DNA of 34,483 bases from a bacterium (lineage in GTDB: Bacteria; Chloroflexota; Dormibacteria; Aeolococcales; Bog-877): positions 1 to 34,483 of the forward strand of contig JAKBTP010000101.1 in NCBI GenBank assembly GCA_021844355.1, read 5' to 3'. A program made the position numbers and the translations under genes. The notes below the pieces were generated by a model. The model saw only the letters and a program-made list of their open reading frames with translations, had not been told where the DNA came from and ran no database searches. Shown piece after piece: positions 26,607-34,483 of this stretch; the stretch's first letter is position 1; every line of letters begins with the position of its first letter.

Positions 26607-27586
26607 GCTCCGGCGCGGTGGTGGTGGTCGGGGCCACCGGGTTCCTCGGCTCGGCCCTCCTCGCCGACCTCGTGGCCGCCGGGGTGGAGCCGCGCGGCAC
26701 CTTCCGCTCCCCCGGTGGCGAGGCCGCCGTCGCCAGACTGGGGGGGCTGCCGGTCCCGGCCGACCTCCTGGATCCCGCGAGCCTTCGCCGGGCCCTGGAC
26801 GGCTCCTCCCTCGCCTACCACCTGGGCGGGCTGAACAGCCTGTGTCCCCGAGACCCGGGCCGTCTATTCGAGGTCAACGTGCGCGGGTCTGCCAACCTGA
26901 TCCAGGCGGCCGCGGCCGTGGGCGTGCGCCGGGTGGTCTACACCTCCTCCGCCGCCACCATCGGTGAGCCGGCCGGGGTGGTCGCCACCGAGGAGTCGGC
27001 GCACCGCGGGTGGTTCCTCTCCACCTACGAGCGCTCCAAGTACCTCGCCGAGCGCCGGGTCCTGGAGCTCGGCCGGGAGCTCGGAGTGGAGGTCGTCTGC
27101 CTGAACCCCTCCTCGGTCCAGGGCCCCGGCCGCACCGGAGGGACGGCCCGGTTCCTCATCCGTTACGCCCAGGGCAGGTTGCGCTGGATGGTCCGGACCC
27201 GGGTGAGCCTGCTGGCGGTCGGCGACTGCGTCGCCGCCCACCGGCTGGCTGCCGAGCGGGGCCGCCCGGGGCGGCGCTACCTGCTCAACTCGTTCACCAT
27301 GCCGATTGAGGAATTGCTGGAGCTGGCGGGTCGGATCTCCGGCGTGCAGCACCGGCTTCACTTCCTGCCACCGCGGCTTGCCGTGGCCGGCGCGGTGGCC
27401 GTGGGGCGCCTGGCCGCGATGACCGGCCGCCGGGCGCCCGTGTGCGGGGAGATGGTGCGGACCCTCCTGCACGGCCACGCCTACGACGGCGCTCAGGCGG
27501 CTCGGGAGCTCGGCCTCAGCTACACCTCAGCCGAGGACCTCCTTCGCCAGACCTTCGCCTGGTACCGCTCACAGAGGCTGCTCTGA
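26603..27586 (+). CDS. Extended SDR, NAD-dependent epimerase/dehydratase (dihydroflavonol reductase/HpnA-like)
   Basis: GATGFLG, VNVRG, YTSS, YERSK (YxxxK), NPSSVQGPG; ATGA overlap with the upstream gene. Confidence 0.88.
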   Translation: MSSGAVVVVGATGFLGSALLADLVAAGVEPRGTFRSPGGEAAVARLGGLPVPADLLDPASLRRALDGSSLAYHLGGLNSLCPRDPGRLFEVNVRGSANLIQAAAAVGVRRVVYTSSAATIGEPAGVVATEESAHRGWFLSTYERSKYLAERRVLELGRELGVEVVCLNPSSVQGPGRTGGTARFLIRYAQGRLRWMVRTRVSLLAVGDCVAAHRLAAERGRPGRRYLLNSFTMPIEELLELAGRISGVQHRLHFLPPRLAVAGAVAVGRLAAMTGRRAPVCGEMVRTLLHGHAYDGAQAARELGLSYTSAEDLLRQTFAWYRSQRLL

Positions 27587-27600
27587 GCTAGGGCGGTCCC

Positions 27601-28461
27601 ATGTCTCCCGGCCTATACTCCAAGTTGGCCGGCCTGGTCGGGGCCCGGACGGTGAGGCAGCGGCCCTGCGGGGAGATGCGGATTTTGGAGCAAGGCGAGC
27701 GGCCCAGGCCCTGGCGCCGAGCCTACCGCCGTGACCGCGACCTGCCCTGGGCGCGCAGCCCCGCCGCACGAGCGGTCCGAGGAGCCCTGCTCAACTTCGT
27801 GATCGGGCCGGTGGTACACCACTACGGCCATCCCCGGGTGCGGGGGCTGGAGAACCTGCGCGGGCTGCGGCCCCCCTTCCTCCTGGCCGCCAATCACTCC
27901 AGCCACCTGGACACCCCGGCCATCCTGCTGGCCCTGCCGCCCCGCCTGAGGCGCCGGACCCTGGTGGCGGCGGCCGCCGACTACTTCTTCGACGAGCCCT
28001 GGAAGGGGGCGTTGGTGGCGCTGGCGGTGGGGGCGATCGCCGTCGAGCGGGAGCGCCCGCCCCGCCAGTCGGTCAAGCTGGTGCGCCGCCTGCTCCAGGA
28101 GGGCTGGAACCTGGTGGTCTTCCCGGAGGGGGGGCGAAGCCACGACGGCCGCCTGCACCGGGGCAAGCGGGGGATCGCCCATCTGGCGGCGGCGGCCGGA
28201 GTACCGGTGGTGCCGGTGGGGATCGTCGGCACCTTCGCCGCTCTGCCGGCGGGGTACCACTGGCCGCGCCGTAGCCAGCTCGAGGTGCGCTTTGGCAAGC
28301 CGATGTTCCGCAACGCCCAGGAGCGGCCCCAACCTGGCCCGGCCGGGCTCAGGTCAGCCACCGAGGGGATCATGGCCTCGATCCAGGCGCTGACCGGTCA
28401 GGAGCTCGCCGCCGAGGAGGCCGTGCCCCTCGATGCCAGCGGTGCCCGCCGGGCCAGCTGA
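27601..28461 (+). CDS. PlsC-family lysophospholipid acyltransferase
   Basis: ANHSSHLD (HxxxxD), [22 protein letters not shown]; true start may be later (27652 or 27676) because TATACT lies at 27614-27619. Confidence 0.88.
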   Translation: MSPGLYSKLAGLVGARTVRQRPCGEMRILEQGERPRPWRRAYRRDRDLPWARSPAARAVRGALLNFVIGPVVHHYGHPRVRGLENLRGLRPPFLLAANHSSHLDTPAILLALPPRLRRRTLVAAAADYFFDEPWKGALVALAVGAIAVERERPPRQSVKLVRRLLQEGWNLVVFPEGGRSHDGRLHRGKRGIAHLAAAAGVPVVPVGIVGTFAALPAGYHWPRRSQLEVRFGKPMFRNAQERPQPGPAGLRSATEGIMASIQALTGQELAAEEAVPLDASGARRAS

Positions 28462-28483
28462 CCCTCCCCGCTACCCTATCCCC

Positions 28484-29008
28484 ATGGAAGCGGACCCGGA
28501 CTCCCAGGCTGCCGATGCGCCCCTGGTGGGGGTGGTGATGGGGTCTCGCTCGGACTGGGAGACGATGCGCCACGCCGCGGAGACCCTGGAGCGTCTCGGA
28601 GTCCCCCATGAGGTGCGGGTGGTGTCCGCCCACCGGACCCCCGAGCTGCTCAGCCGGTACGCCGCCGAGGCGCAGGGCAGGGGGCTCAGGGTGTTGATCG
28701 CCGGCGCCGGGGGAGCCGCCCACCTGCCGGGGATGCTGGCTGCCGGAACCCACCTTCCGGTCCTGGGGGTGCCGGTGGAGACGAAGGCGCTGGGCGGGCT
28801 CGACTCCCTCCTGGCCATAGTCCAGATGCCAGCCGGGGTCCCCGTGGGCACCCTGGCGGTGGGGAAAGCCGGCGCGGTGAACGCAGCCTTGCTGGCGGCC
28901 GCCGTCCTGGCCCTCTCGGATGCCGGCGTTCAGTCAAGGCTCCTGGAGTACCGCCGCCATCAGACCGAGGAGGTGCTCGCCACCGGCGACCCCCGGCAGG
29001 CGGGCTAG
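28484..29008 (+). CDS. purE: N5-CAIR mutase
   Basis: [50 protein letters not shown]; ATG 28484. Confidence 0.96.
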   Translation: MEADPDSQAADAPLVGVVMGSRSDWETMRHAAETLERLGVPHEVRVVSAHRTPELLSRYAAEAQGRGLRVLIAGAGGAAHLPGMLAAGTHLPVLGVPVETKALGGLDSLLAIVQMPAGVPVGTLAVGKAGAVNAALLAAAVLALSDAGVQSRLLEYRRHQTEEVLATGDPRQAG

Positions 29009-29011
29009 CCG

Positions 29012-30124
29012 GTGGTGCGGGTGGGCTGCCTGGGAGGTGGCCAGCTGGGGCGGATGTTGGCCCTGGCCGGAAGGCCCCTGGGGCTGAGCTTCACCTTCCT
29101 GGAGCCTCAGCCCGATTCCTCGGCGGGCCAGGTGGGCTCACAGCTCCAAGGGGCCTACGACGACCCCGGGAGGCTGCGCGAGCTGGCGGAGTCTAGCGAC
29201 CTGGTGACCTTTGAGTTCGAGTCCGTTCCCGAGCGGGCGGCCACAGAGCTGGCCGGTCGGTGCCCCGTCTTCCCCCCGCCGAGGGCGCTGGCGGTGGCCC
29301 AGGACCGGCTCCGGGAGAAGGAGATCTTCGCCCGGCTCGGGATCCCCAGCGCTCCCTACCACCCGGTCGCCGGCCCCGCGGATCTGCCGCCGGCGCTGGA
29401 GGCGGTGCCGCCACCGGCACGGCTCAAGACCAGGACCCTGGGCTATGACGGCCATGGCCAGGTCAGGGTGGACGGTCTGGAGTCGCTGCGCCGGGCGTTC
29501 GAGGCCGTCCAGGCCGTCCCGTCCATCCTGGAGCGGGAGCAGCATTTCAGCCGGGAGCTCTCGGTCCTGGGGGTGCGCTCGGGCCGTGGGGAGCTGGCCT
29601 TCTATCCCCTCACGGAGAACCACCACGAGGGGTCGGTGCTGCGCCTCTCGGTCGCTCCGGCGCCGCGCCTTGAGGCCACACTCCAGCGACGCGCGGAGGA
29701 GATCTGCGCTGCGGTCATGGAGGAGCTGGAGTACGTCGGGGTGATGGCCATCGAGCTCTTCGACCAGGAGGGGGAGCTGGTGGCCAACGAGATCGCGCCG
29801 CGGGTGCACAACTCCGGCCACTGGACCATCGAGGGGGCCGTCACCTCTCAGTTCGAGAACCACCTCCGGGCCGGTCTGGGGTGGCCGCTGGGGGAGACGT
29901 CGGCCCGCGGCCGTTCGGTGATGCTCAACATCCTCGGCGAGCTTCCCCCAGCCCCCGGTGTGCTTGCGGTCCCGGGAAGCCACCTGCACCTGTATGGCAA
30001 AGAGCCCCGGGCGGGCCGCAAGCTGGGCCACGTCACCGTCAGCCCCGCCCCAGATTGGGGGGGCGTAATGGCGCTCGGGCGCCTGCCGGGCATCCGAGTT
30101 CCGCCCGCGGCCACCGCCGGATGA
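29012..30124 (+). CDS. purK: N5-CAIR synthase
   Basis: GGGQLGRML, TFEFE, GYDGHGQ, NEIAPRVHNSGHWT, SQFENH, HLYGK..RAGRKLGH. Confidence 0.95.
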   Translation: MVRVGCLGGGQLGRMLALAGRPLGLSFTFLEPQPDSSAGQVGSQLQGAYDDPGRLRELAESSDLVTFEFESVPERAATELAGRCPVFPPPRALAVAQDRLREKEIFARLGIPSAPYHPVAGPADLPPALEAVPPPARLKTRTLGYDGHGQVRVDGLESLRRAFEAVQAVPSILEREQHFSRELSVLGVRSGRGELAFYPLTENHHEGSVLRLSVAPAPRLEATLQRRAEEICAAVMEELEYVGVMAIELFDQEGELVANEIAPRVHNSGHWTIEGAVTSQFENHLRAGLGWPLGETSARGRSVMLNILGELPPAPGVLAVPGSHLHLYGKEPRAGRKLGHVTVSPAPDWGGVMALGRLPGIRVPPAATAG

Positions 30125-31200
30125 CCCCGCCGCCGGCCCCGGCCCGGATCGGCGACGGGGGACAGCCCGACCATCCCCCGGGCCGCCTCGCCGAGGTGGT
30201 CGGCCACGGGATGCAGCGCCAGCAGCTTGAGAGGCAGGTCCGTGGGGGCGCTCTCGCCCACGCCTACTGGATCGCCGGCCCGGCGCGAGTGGGGAAGACC
30301 ACCCTGGCTCTGGCACTGGCTTCCGAGCTGCTCCAGGCGGAGAGCTGGCCGGGAGGGCTGGCGGCCCACCCCGACTTCTGGCTGGACGACCGCCAGGAGA
30401 GCCTGGGGGTGGATCGCGTGAGGGGCCCGGAGGGAGAGTTGGGGCCGTCCCTGCAGCACTTCCTCAGCCTCTCGGCCTACGCCTCCGGGCCCAAGGTGGC
30501 GGTGCTGGCCAACGCCGACCGGCTCACCCTCCCGGCGGCCAACAGCCTGCTGCGCCTCCTGGAGGAGCCTCCCCGGGAGTCCATCCTCATCCTCACGACG
30601 TCCAGACCAGACTCGGAGCATCTTCCGGGGACCCTGCGCAGCCGCTGTCAGCAACTCGGCCTGGGCCCGGTCGCGACCCCCCTGATCTCCAGCTGGCTGG
30701 CGGCTCGGGGCCGACCGAAGCTGGAGTGCGAGACGGCGGCCGCGATCTCCGAAGGGCGGCCCGGGCTGGCCCTGGAACTGGTATCGGACCCCGAGCTGGC
30801 CTCTCGGACCGCCGGCCTGCTGGACTCCTACCTGGGCTGCTCCAACCTCGGCCCGGCGGGTTGGCTCGAGCTCAGCCGGGAGCTGGCCGAGCGCGGCCGG
30901 GAACGGGAGCTGGCCTGGGAGGCGCTCCGCACCTGGGCGGCCTTCCTCAGGACGTGCTGCACCCTGGCGGCCGGGGCCGAGCCGCCCCCCGGGCCCCCTT
31001 CGTTCCGGGCGGGAGGCGAGGCGTGGGCGCGAGAGCTGGGGCTCCAAGAGTGCCTGAGGCGCTACGATCTGGCGGTGGAGGGCCTTTCGCGCCTCGCCGA
31101 GGCGGCCACCGCTAGGCTGGTCTTGGACCGTCTTCTGTTGCTGACCTTCGGAGCCTTCGATTCCCAACCCACGGCCCCTGCCGGCCGGGTGCGTCCTTGA
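30121..31200 (+). CDS. holB: DNA polymerase III subunit delta-prime
   Basis: HAYWIAGPARVGKT, HPDF, ADRLT..AANSLLRLLEEPP, TLRSRCQ (SRC motif), GRPGLAL; ATG overlaps the purK stop; followed by ricT. Confidence 0.85.
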   Translation: MTPPPAPARIGDGGQPDHPPGRLAEVVGHGMQRQQLERQVRGGALAHAYWIAGPARVGKTTLALALASELLQAESWPGGLAAHPDFWLDDRQESLGVDRVRGPEGELGPSLQHFLSLSAYASGPKVAVLANADRLTLPAANSLLRLLEEPPRESILILTTSRPDSEHLPGTLRSRCQQLGLGPVATPLISSWLAARGRPKLECETAAAISEGRPGLALELVSDPELASRTAGLLDSYLGCSNLGPAGWLELSRELAERGRERELAWEALRTWAAFLRTCCTLAAGAEPPPGPPSFRAGGEAWARELGLQECLRRYDLAVEGLSRLAEAATARLVLDRLLLLTFGAFDSQPTAPAGRVRP

Positions 31201-31210
31201 GGAGATCCTG

Positions 31211-32068
31211 ATGCCACTCGCGGTGGGGGTCAAGTTCCGCCGCCACGGCCCCCTCAACTACTACGCGCCCCCCGCCGACGAGGAGCTGGCCCCGGGCTGC
31301 CGGGTGCTGGCCGAGACCGCCCGCGGCCCGGAGATCGGTGAGGTGGTGATGGGCGCCACGGAGCTGGCCCCGGAGCTGCTTCCCAGAAGGCTTGAGCCGG
31401 TGATACGGCGGGCCACGGAGGAGGACCTGCGCCAGCGCCAGGCGATGGACGAGAGGCTGCCGGCCGCGATGGCCGCCGCCCGAGAGCTGGTGGCGCGCCG
31501 CGACCTGCCCGTCAAGGTGGCGCGGGCGGAGATCAACTTCGAGGGCAGCCGCATCCTCTTCGACCTCACCGCCGAGCGCCAGACCGCCTACCAGGACCTG
31601 GCCCGGGAGCTGGCCACCGAGCTTCGCTGCCGGGTGGAGATCCGCCAGATCGGAGCCCGGGACGAGGCGCGAATCCAGGACGGCTACGGGCCGTGCGGGC
31701 GCCGCCTCTGCTGCTCCTCCTGGCTCAAGGAGTTCGTGCCGGTCACCATCAAGATGGCCAAGGAGCAGGGGCTACCCCTCAACCCCACCCGCCTCAACGG
31801 CATGTGCGGCAAGCTCAAGTGCTGCCTCCAGTACGAGAACGAGCAGTACGTCGAGGTGAAGCGCCGTCTGCCCCGCCCCGGCCAGCAGCTCCAACTGGAC
31901 CAGGGTGCCGCGGTGGTGTCCGAGGTCGACGTGGTCCGTGAGCAGGTGCTGGTCACCATGACCGAGAGTGGCACCGTGATGGCGGTGCCGGCAGCCGAGG
32001 TGGAGTCCCCGGCGGCCGGCAGGCGGAAGGGCCGCCGCAGCGGCCCCGCGAGGGAGCCGGAGGGCTGA
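31211..32068 (+). CDS. ricT: PSP1-domain / RicT (YaaT) Fe-S regulatory protein
   Basis: VGVKFR, ETARG.EIG, RQIGARDEAR, GPCGRRLCC, KMAKEQ, GMCGKLKCCLQYE. Confidence 0.9.
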   Translation: MPLAVGVKFRRHGPLNYYAPPADEELAPGCRVLAETARGPEIGEVVMGATELAPELLPRRLEPVIRRATEEDLRQRQAMDERLPAAMAAARELVARRDLPVKVARAEINFEGSRILFDLTAERQTAYQDLARELATELRCRVEIRQIGARDEARIQDGYGPCGRRLCCSSWLKEFVPVTIKMAKEQGLPLNPTRLNGMCGKLKCCLQYENEQYVEVKRRLPRPGQQLQLDQGAAVVSEVDVVREQVLVTMTESGTVMAVPAAEVESPAAGRRKGRRSGPAREPEG

Positions 32069-32078
32069 CCCGAGGCGG

Positions 32079-32681
32079 TCAGCGCCGGCGCAGATACCTC
32101 CAGGCAACCCAGGCGCTGGCGGCCAGGGCGGCCAGCCCCAAGGCGCCTGCCAGTCGGCGGTCCCTCAGCTGAGCCCTCGGCTGCACCGGCGGCAGGATCT
32201 CGAGCTGAGGTGGGGGCCCGGCCGCCGGGGCCGCGGCCACCGGGGCCGACTCCTGGCGTAAGCGCGTCTCCAGCGCCCGGCGGAACCTGGCCACCCCCTG
32301 GGAGACGGCCCGCTCCTGGGCCGCGGCACCGGCCTCGTCTATCCGTCCCCGCCCGTCCACCAGGACGGTGAGGCGGAGGTCCGATCCTCCGTCCGGCGCC
32401 TCCCGGACGCGGGCGCGGACCTCGACGTGGGCCCTCCCCTCGCCGCGCACCTCGCGACCGCTCAGCGTCCAGGTGACCCGTTTCCCCGGCTCCTCGATGT
32501 GCTGGCGGCCGTACCCTCGGTAGGTCACGGCGTGACCCCCGATCGTCGCTCGCACAGTTCCCCGGCCGGCCTCCGACCGGCGCAGGCCGGGCAGGAGCTC
32601 AGCCGCCCCACCCTCCAGCACCAGAAGGCTCCACACCCTCTCCGGGGCGGCCGCCAGCCGGATCTCTTCGATGTAGGTCAT
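32079..32681 (-). CDS. SRPBCC/CoxG-like protein with C-terminal membrane anchor
   Basis: AAPERVWSLL...LLPG, YRG, GREVRGEG, then a Pro/Ala linker and hydrophobic tail ending RRR; ATG overlaps the RDD stop. Confidence 0.75.
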   Translation of the reverse strand: MTYIEEIRLAAAPERVWSLLVLEGGAAELLPGLRRSEAGRGTVRATIGGHAVTYRGYGRQHIEEPGKRVTWTLSGREVRGEGRAHVEVRARVREAPDGGSDLRLTVLVDGRGRIDEAGAAAQERAVSQGVARFRRALETRLRQESAPVAAAPAAGPPPQLEILPPVQPRAQLRDRRLAGALGLAALAASAWVAWRYLRRR

Positions 32682-33397
32682 GACCGGCCCTCCTCATCTC
32701 CACTGCCGCCACTGGCGCCCTCCGGAGGCGGCGGCGCGGCGGGCTCCCAGCCCGGGAGGTGTCGGCCGCGAGGCGCGGGGGGTGAGCTCGGGGGGCGCCG
32801 GGGGGCGGGTGGTGCCACCAGCTGGGACAGCGGGGTGCCCGCCAGCTCCCGCCGCACCACCATGGTGCCAGCCAGCAGGTCCTCCAGGGCCCGGCGGTCA
32901 GGACGGGAGATGATCAGGATCGGGCTGCCCACGTACTCGAAGAACAGCAGCGGAAGGCTGATCGGGGTCACCAGCAGGGGCAGCCAGAAGGGGATCGAGC
33001 GGAGCACCGCGGCGCGCACGCTGAGCGGGGACCCGTCCAGCCTGGTGATCCGCAGGCCGAGGGCGAGCTTGCCCGGCGTGGCCCCCCAGATGAGGTAGCT
33101 GGCTATGAGATAGGCGGCGGTGAGCACCTCGATGGCGATGTAGAAGTGGAACACCGTGGCGTTGACGTCCGGGTACTTGGCGAGGGAGGCGCTCAGCCCC
33201 GCCTTGGGGTGGCTCTGGTAGTAGGCAGACCAGCGGTTCACCTCCCCGGCGGCGATGAGCTCGTATGCCACCACCTCAGGGATCAGGAGGGCGAAGAAGT
33301 CGATCACCCCGGCAAGGAAGCGGGGTCCACGGGGAAGTGGGGGGTGGCCCCAGTTCGAGTTGGCCCGGTCGGCGCCGTCCGGGGTCTGCCGCAACAC
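32678..33397 (-). CDS. RDD-family membrane protein
   Basis: RFLAGVID, GATPGKLALGLRI, RRALEDLLAGTMVV; Pro-rich tail; GAGGGAG SD. Confidence 0.88.
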   Translation of the reverse strand: MLRQTPDGADRANSNWGHPPLPRGPRFLAGVIDFFALLIPEVVAYELIAAGEVNRWSAYYQSHPKAGLSASLAKYPDVNATVFHFYIAIEVLTAAYLIASYLIWGATPGKLALGLRITRLDGSPLSVRAAVLRSIPFWLPLLVTPISLPLLFFEYVGSPILIISRPDRRALEDLLAGTMVVRRELAGTPLSQLVAPPAPRRPPSSPPAPRGRHLPGWEPAAPPPPEGASGGSGDEEGRS

Positions 33398-33588
33398 TGG
33401 CTCCCTCTCGGCCCGCCTCGGATCCCGGTCTCATGGTCTCAAGGCGTCGCGAACTTGATTCTAAGCACCTTGGGCGAGTGCCGCCTCGGAAAACGGGAAC
33501 CACGGATGGGAGCAGGGCACCCGCCGAAGCCGTAACGATTGATGCACGGCGGATCGGAACGGCGCACCTCACCAATACAGTCAGGGGC

Positions 33589-33813
33589 ATGCAGAAGCCC
33601 AACCGGGGCTCTACGAGAGTGCTCATCTCGGCTCGTCTGCGGGGCTGGGCGGAGCACCTTCGGAGCGGCTCCCCGGGGCAGGGGATGGTTGAGTACGCGC
33701 TCATCCTGATGCTGGTGGCCATGGTTCTCATCGTCATCGTCGGAGTGCTGGGAGGGCATGTGACGAACATGTATTCCAACATCTCCAATGGAGTTGCGCG
33801 CGCCAGCAGCTGA
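33589..33813 (+). CDS. Flp/Fap-family type IV pilin
   Basis: G/QGMVEYALILMLVAMVLIVIVGVLG: class III signal with E+5, Y+6 and a ~44 aa mature pilin; start ATG 33589 or GTG 33619. Confidence 0.88.
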   Translation: MQKPNRGSTRVLISARLRGWAEHLRSGSPGQGMVEYALILMLVAMVLIVIVGVLGGHVTNMYSNISNGVARASS

Positions 33814-33907
33814 CCCGACCGGGGGGCCCTCCGGGCCTCTGCTATCCTCGACTTCGGAGCCGCCGGCCGCCTCCGGCCGGAACCGATTCTGAGGAGTACC
33901 CGCGCAC

Positions 33908-34207
33908 ATGACCTACGTGATCGGCGAGACCTGCATCGACGTCAAGGACAAGTCCTGCGTAGAAGTGTGTCCGGTGGACTGCATCATCGGCGGCGACGAG
34001 GACCGGATGCTCTTCATCGACCCCGCCGAGTGCATCGACTGCGGGGCCTGCGTCGACCCCTGCCCGGTGGACGCCATCTACGCCGAGGAGGACCTTCCCC
34101 CGGAGTGGGGGGAGTACGTCGAGATCAACCGGGAGTACTTCCAGGACCGGGAGGCGGCCCGGGCCAAGGTGGCGGTCAAGGAGGTCACCCCGGCTCAGCT
34201 CGACTGA
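33908..34207 (+). CDS. 7Fe-type ferredoxin ([3Fe-4S]+[4Fe-4S])
   Basis: MTYVI..CIDVKDKSCVEVCPVDCI...CIDCGACVDPCPVDAI; extended -10 TGcTATCCT at 33840-33848. Confidence 0.93.
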   Translation: MTYVIGETCIDVKDKSCVEVCPVDCIIGGDEDRMLFIDPAECIDCGACVDPCPVDAIYAEEDLPPEWGEYVEINREYFQDREAARAKVAVKEVTPAQLD

Positions 34208-34341
34208 GCTCCTCCTCGTCGGCGATTAGGGTCATTACCACAAGCTCTGCCCGCTATTCTTGGTGTGACTATCCCGATGCCCGGCGCCGCCACCGGCGCT
34301 ATCGTCTGGGGAGCAGGCGGCTTTGGGCATGGAGGAGCCAG

Positions 34342-34483
34342 ATGGCTATGACCGTGGACCGGCAGCTGGGGGTGGAGGCGGGGACTGACCCCAAGGCGGT
34401 GATCGCCTTCGCCAGGGACCAGGGCGTCAAGATCGTCGACTTCCGCTTCAGCGACCTCTTGGGCCAGTGGCAGCACTTCAGCA
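34342..34483 (+). CDS. glnA: Glutamine synthetase type I, 5' end (truncated by window end)
   Basis: Not in the ORF track: ATG 34342 after GGAGGAG gives MAMTVDRQLGVEAGTDPKAVIAFARDQGVKIVDFRFSDLLGQWQHFS, matching the GS-I N-terminal VD(F/L)RF.D..G.WQH motif. Confidence 0.9.
   Translation, partial: MAMTVDRQLGVEAGTDPKAVIAFARDQGVKIVDFRFSDLLGQWQHFS

Noticed and set aside
26603-27586. Hopanoid biosynthesis suggested by the HpnA-like SDR
   Set aside because: No squalene-hopene cyclase or hpnCDE genes in the window; the SDR subfamily is broad.
5549-31257. Long alternative-frame or antisense ORFs (e.g. 5549-7228 +, 13004-14500 -, 17481-19829 -, 22441-24402 -, 29848-31257 -)
   Set aside because: Shadow ORFs expected in high-GC DNA: they overlap well-supported genes, are Arg/Pro/Gly/Ala-rich and carry no recognisable motifs.
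34208-34341. Glutamine riboswitch or nitrogen-regulator box upstream of glnA
   Set aside because: Only a -10-like TATTCT and a small GCGCCG/CGGCGC hairpin are visible; nothing matches the glnA RNA motif or a clear GlnR/NtcA site.
1-34483. CRISPR arrays, IS elements, integrases, prophage genes, rRNA
   Set aside because: No regularly spaced repeats, transposase/recombinase motifs, phage structural genes or rRNA-like sequence were seen by eye.

Overview
High-GC bacterial chromosomal segment. The holB-ricT synteny, CCA-less tRNA genes, PIM-type lipid genes, 7Fe ferredoxin and Flp pilin suggest a Terrabacterium (Chloroflexota/Dormibacterota- or Actinomycetota-like); this taxonomy is inference only. 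From left to right: a small accessory stretch (GNAT, HEAT-repeat protein, AbrB/VapC toxin-antitoxin pair) beside the 3' end of tRNA-Gln(CTG); gltX headed by a small membrane-protein gene, with tRNA-Glu(TTC) divergent; an unexplained structured RNA-like element ending in a terminator; osmC; a PucR-type regulator divergent from an MDR oxidoreductase; and a solitary dynamin-like GTPase. Then come an ArsR-ino1-patA-pimA-pgsA (phosphatidylinositol mannoside-type) operon, an 8-gene glycerol/dihydroxyacetone operon (glpF-dhaK-dhaL-glpK-glpABC-dhaM/HPr/EI fusion) and a second lipid cassette (CDP-alcohol phosphotransferase, extended SDR, PlsC-type acyltransferase). The window ends with purE-purK-holB-ricT, RDD plus a CoxG-like gene, an orphan Flp pilin, a ferredoxin and the 5' end of glnA. 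No CRISPR array, integrase or transposase was seen. The best leads are the ~20 kb co-oriented lipid-precursor/lipid-synthesis/membrane-remodelling block (8364-28461) and the unassigned structured RNA at 4563-4698. All calls come from motif recognition by eye; no database searches were run.
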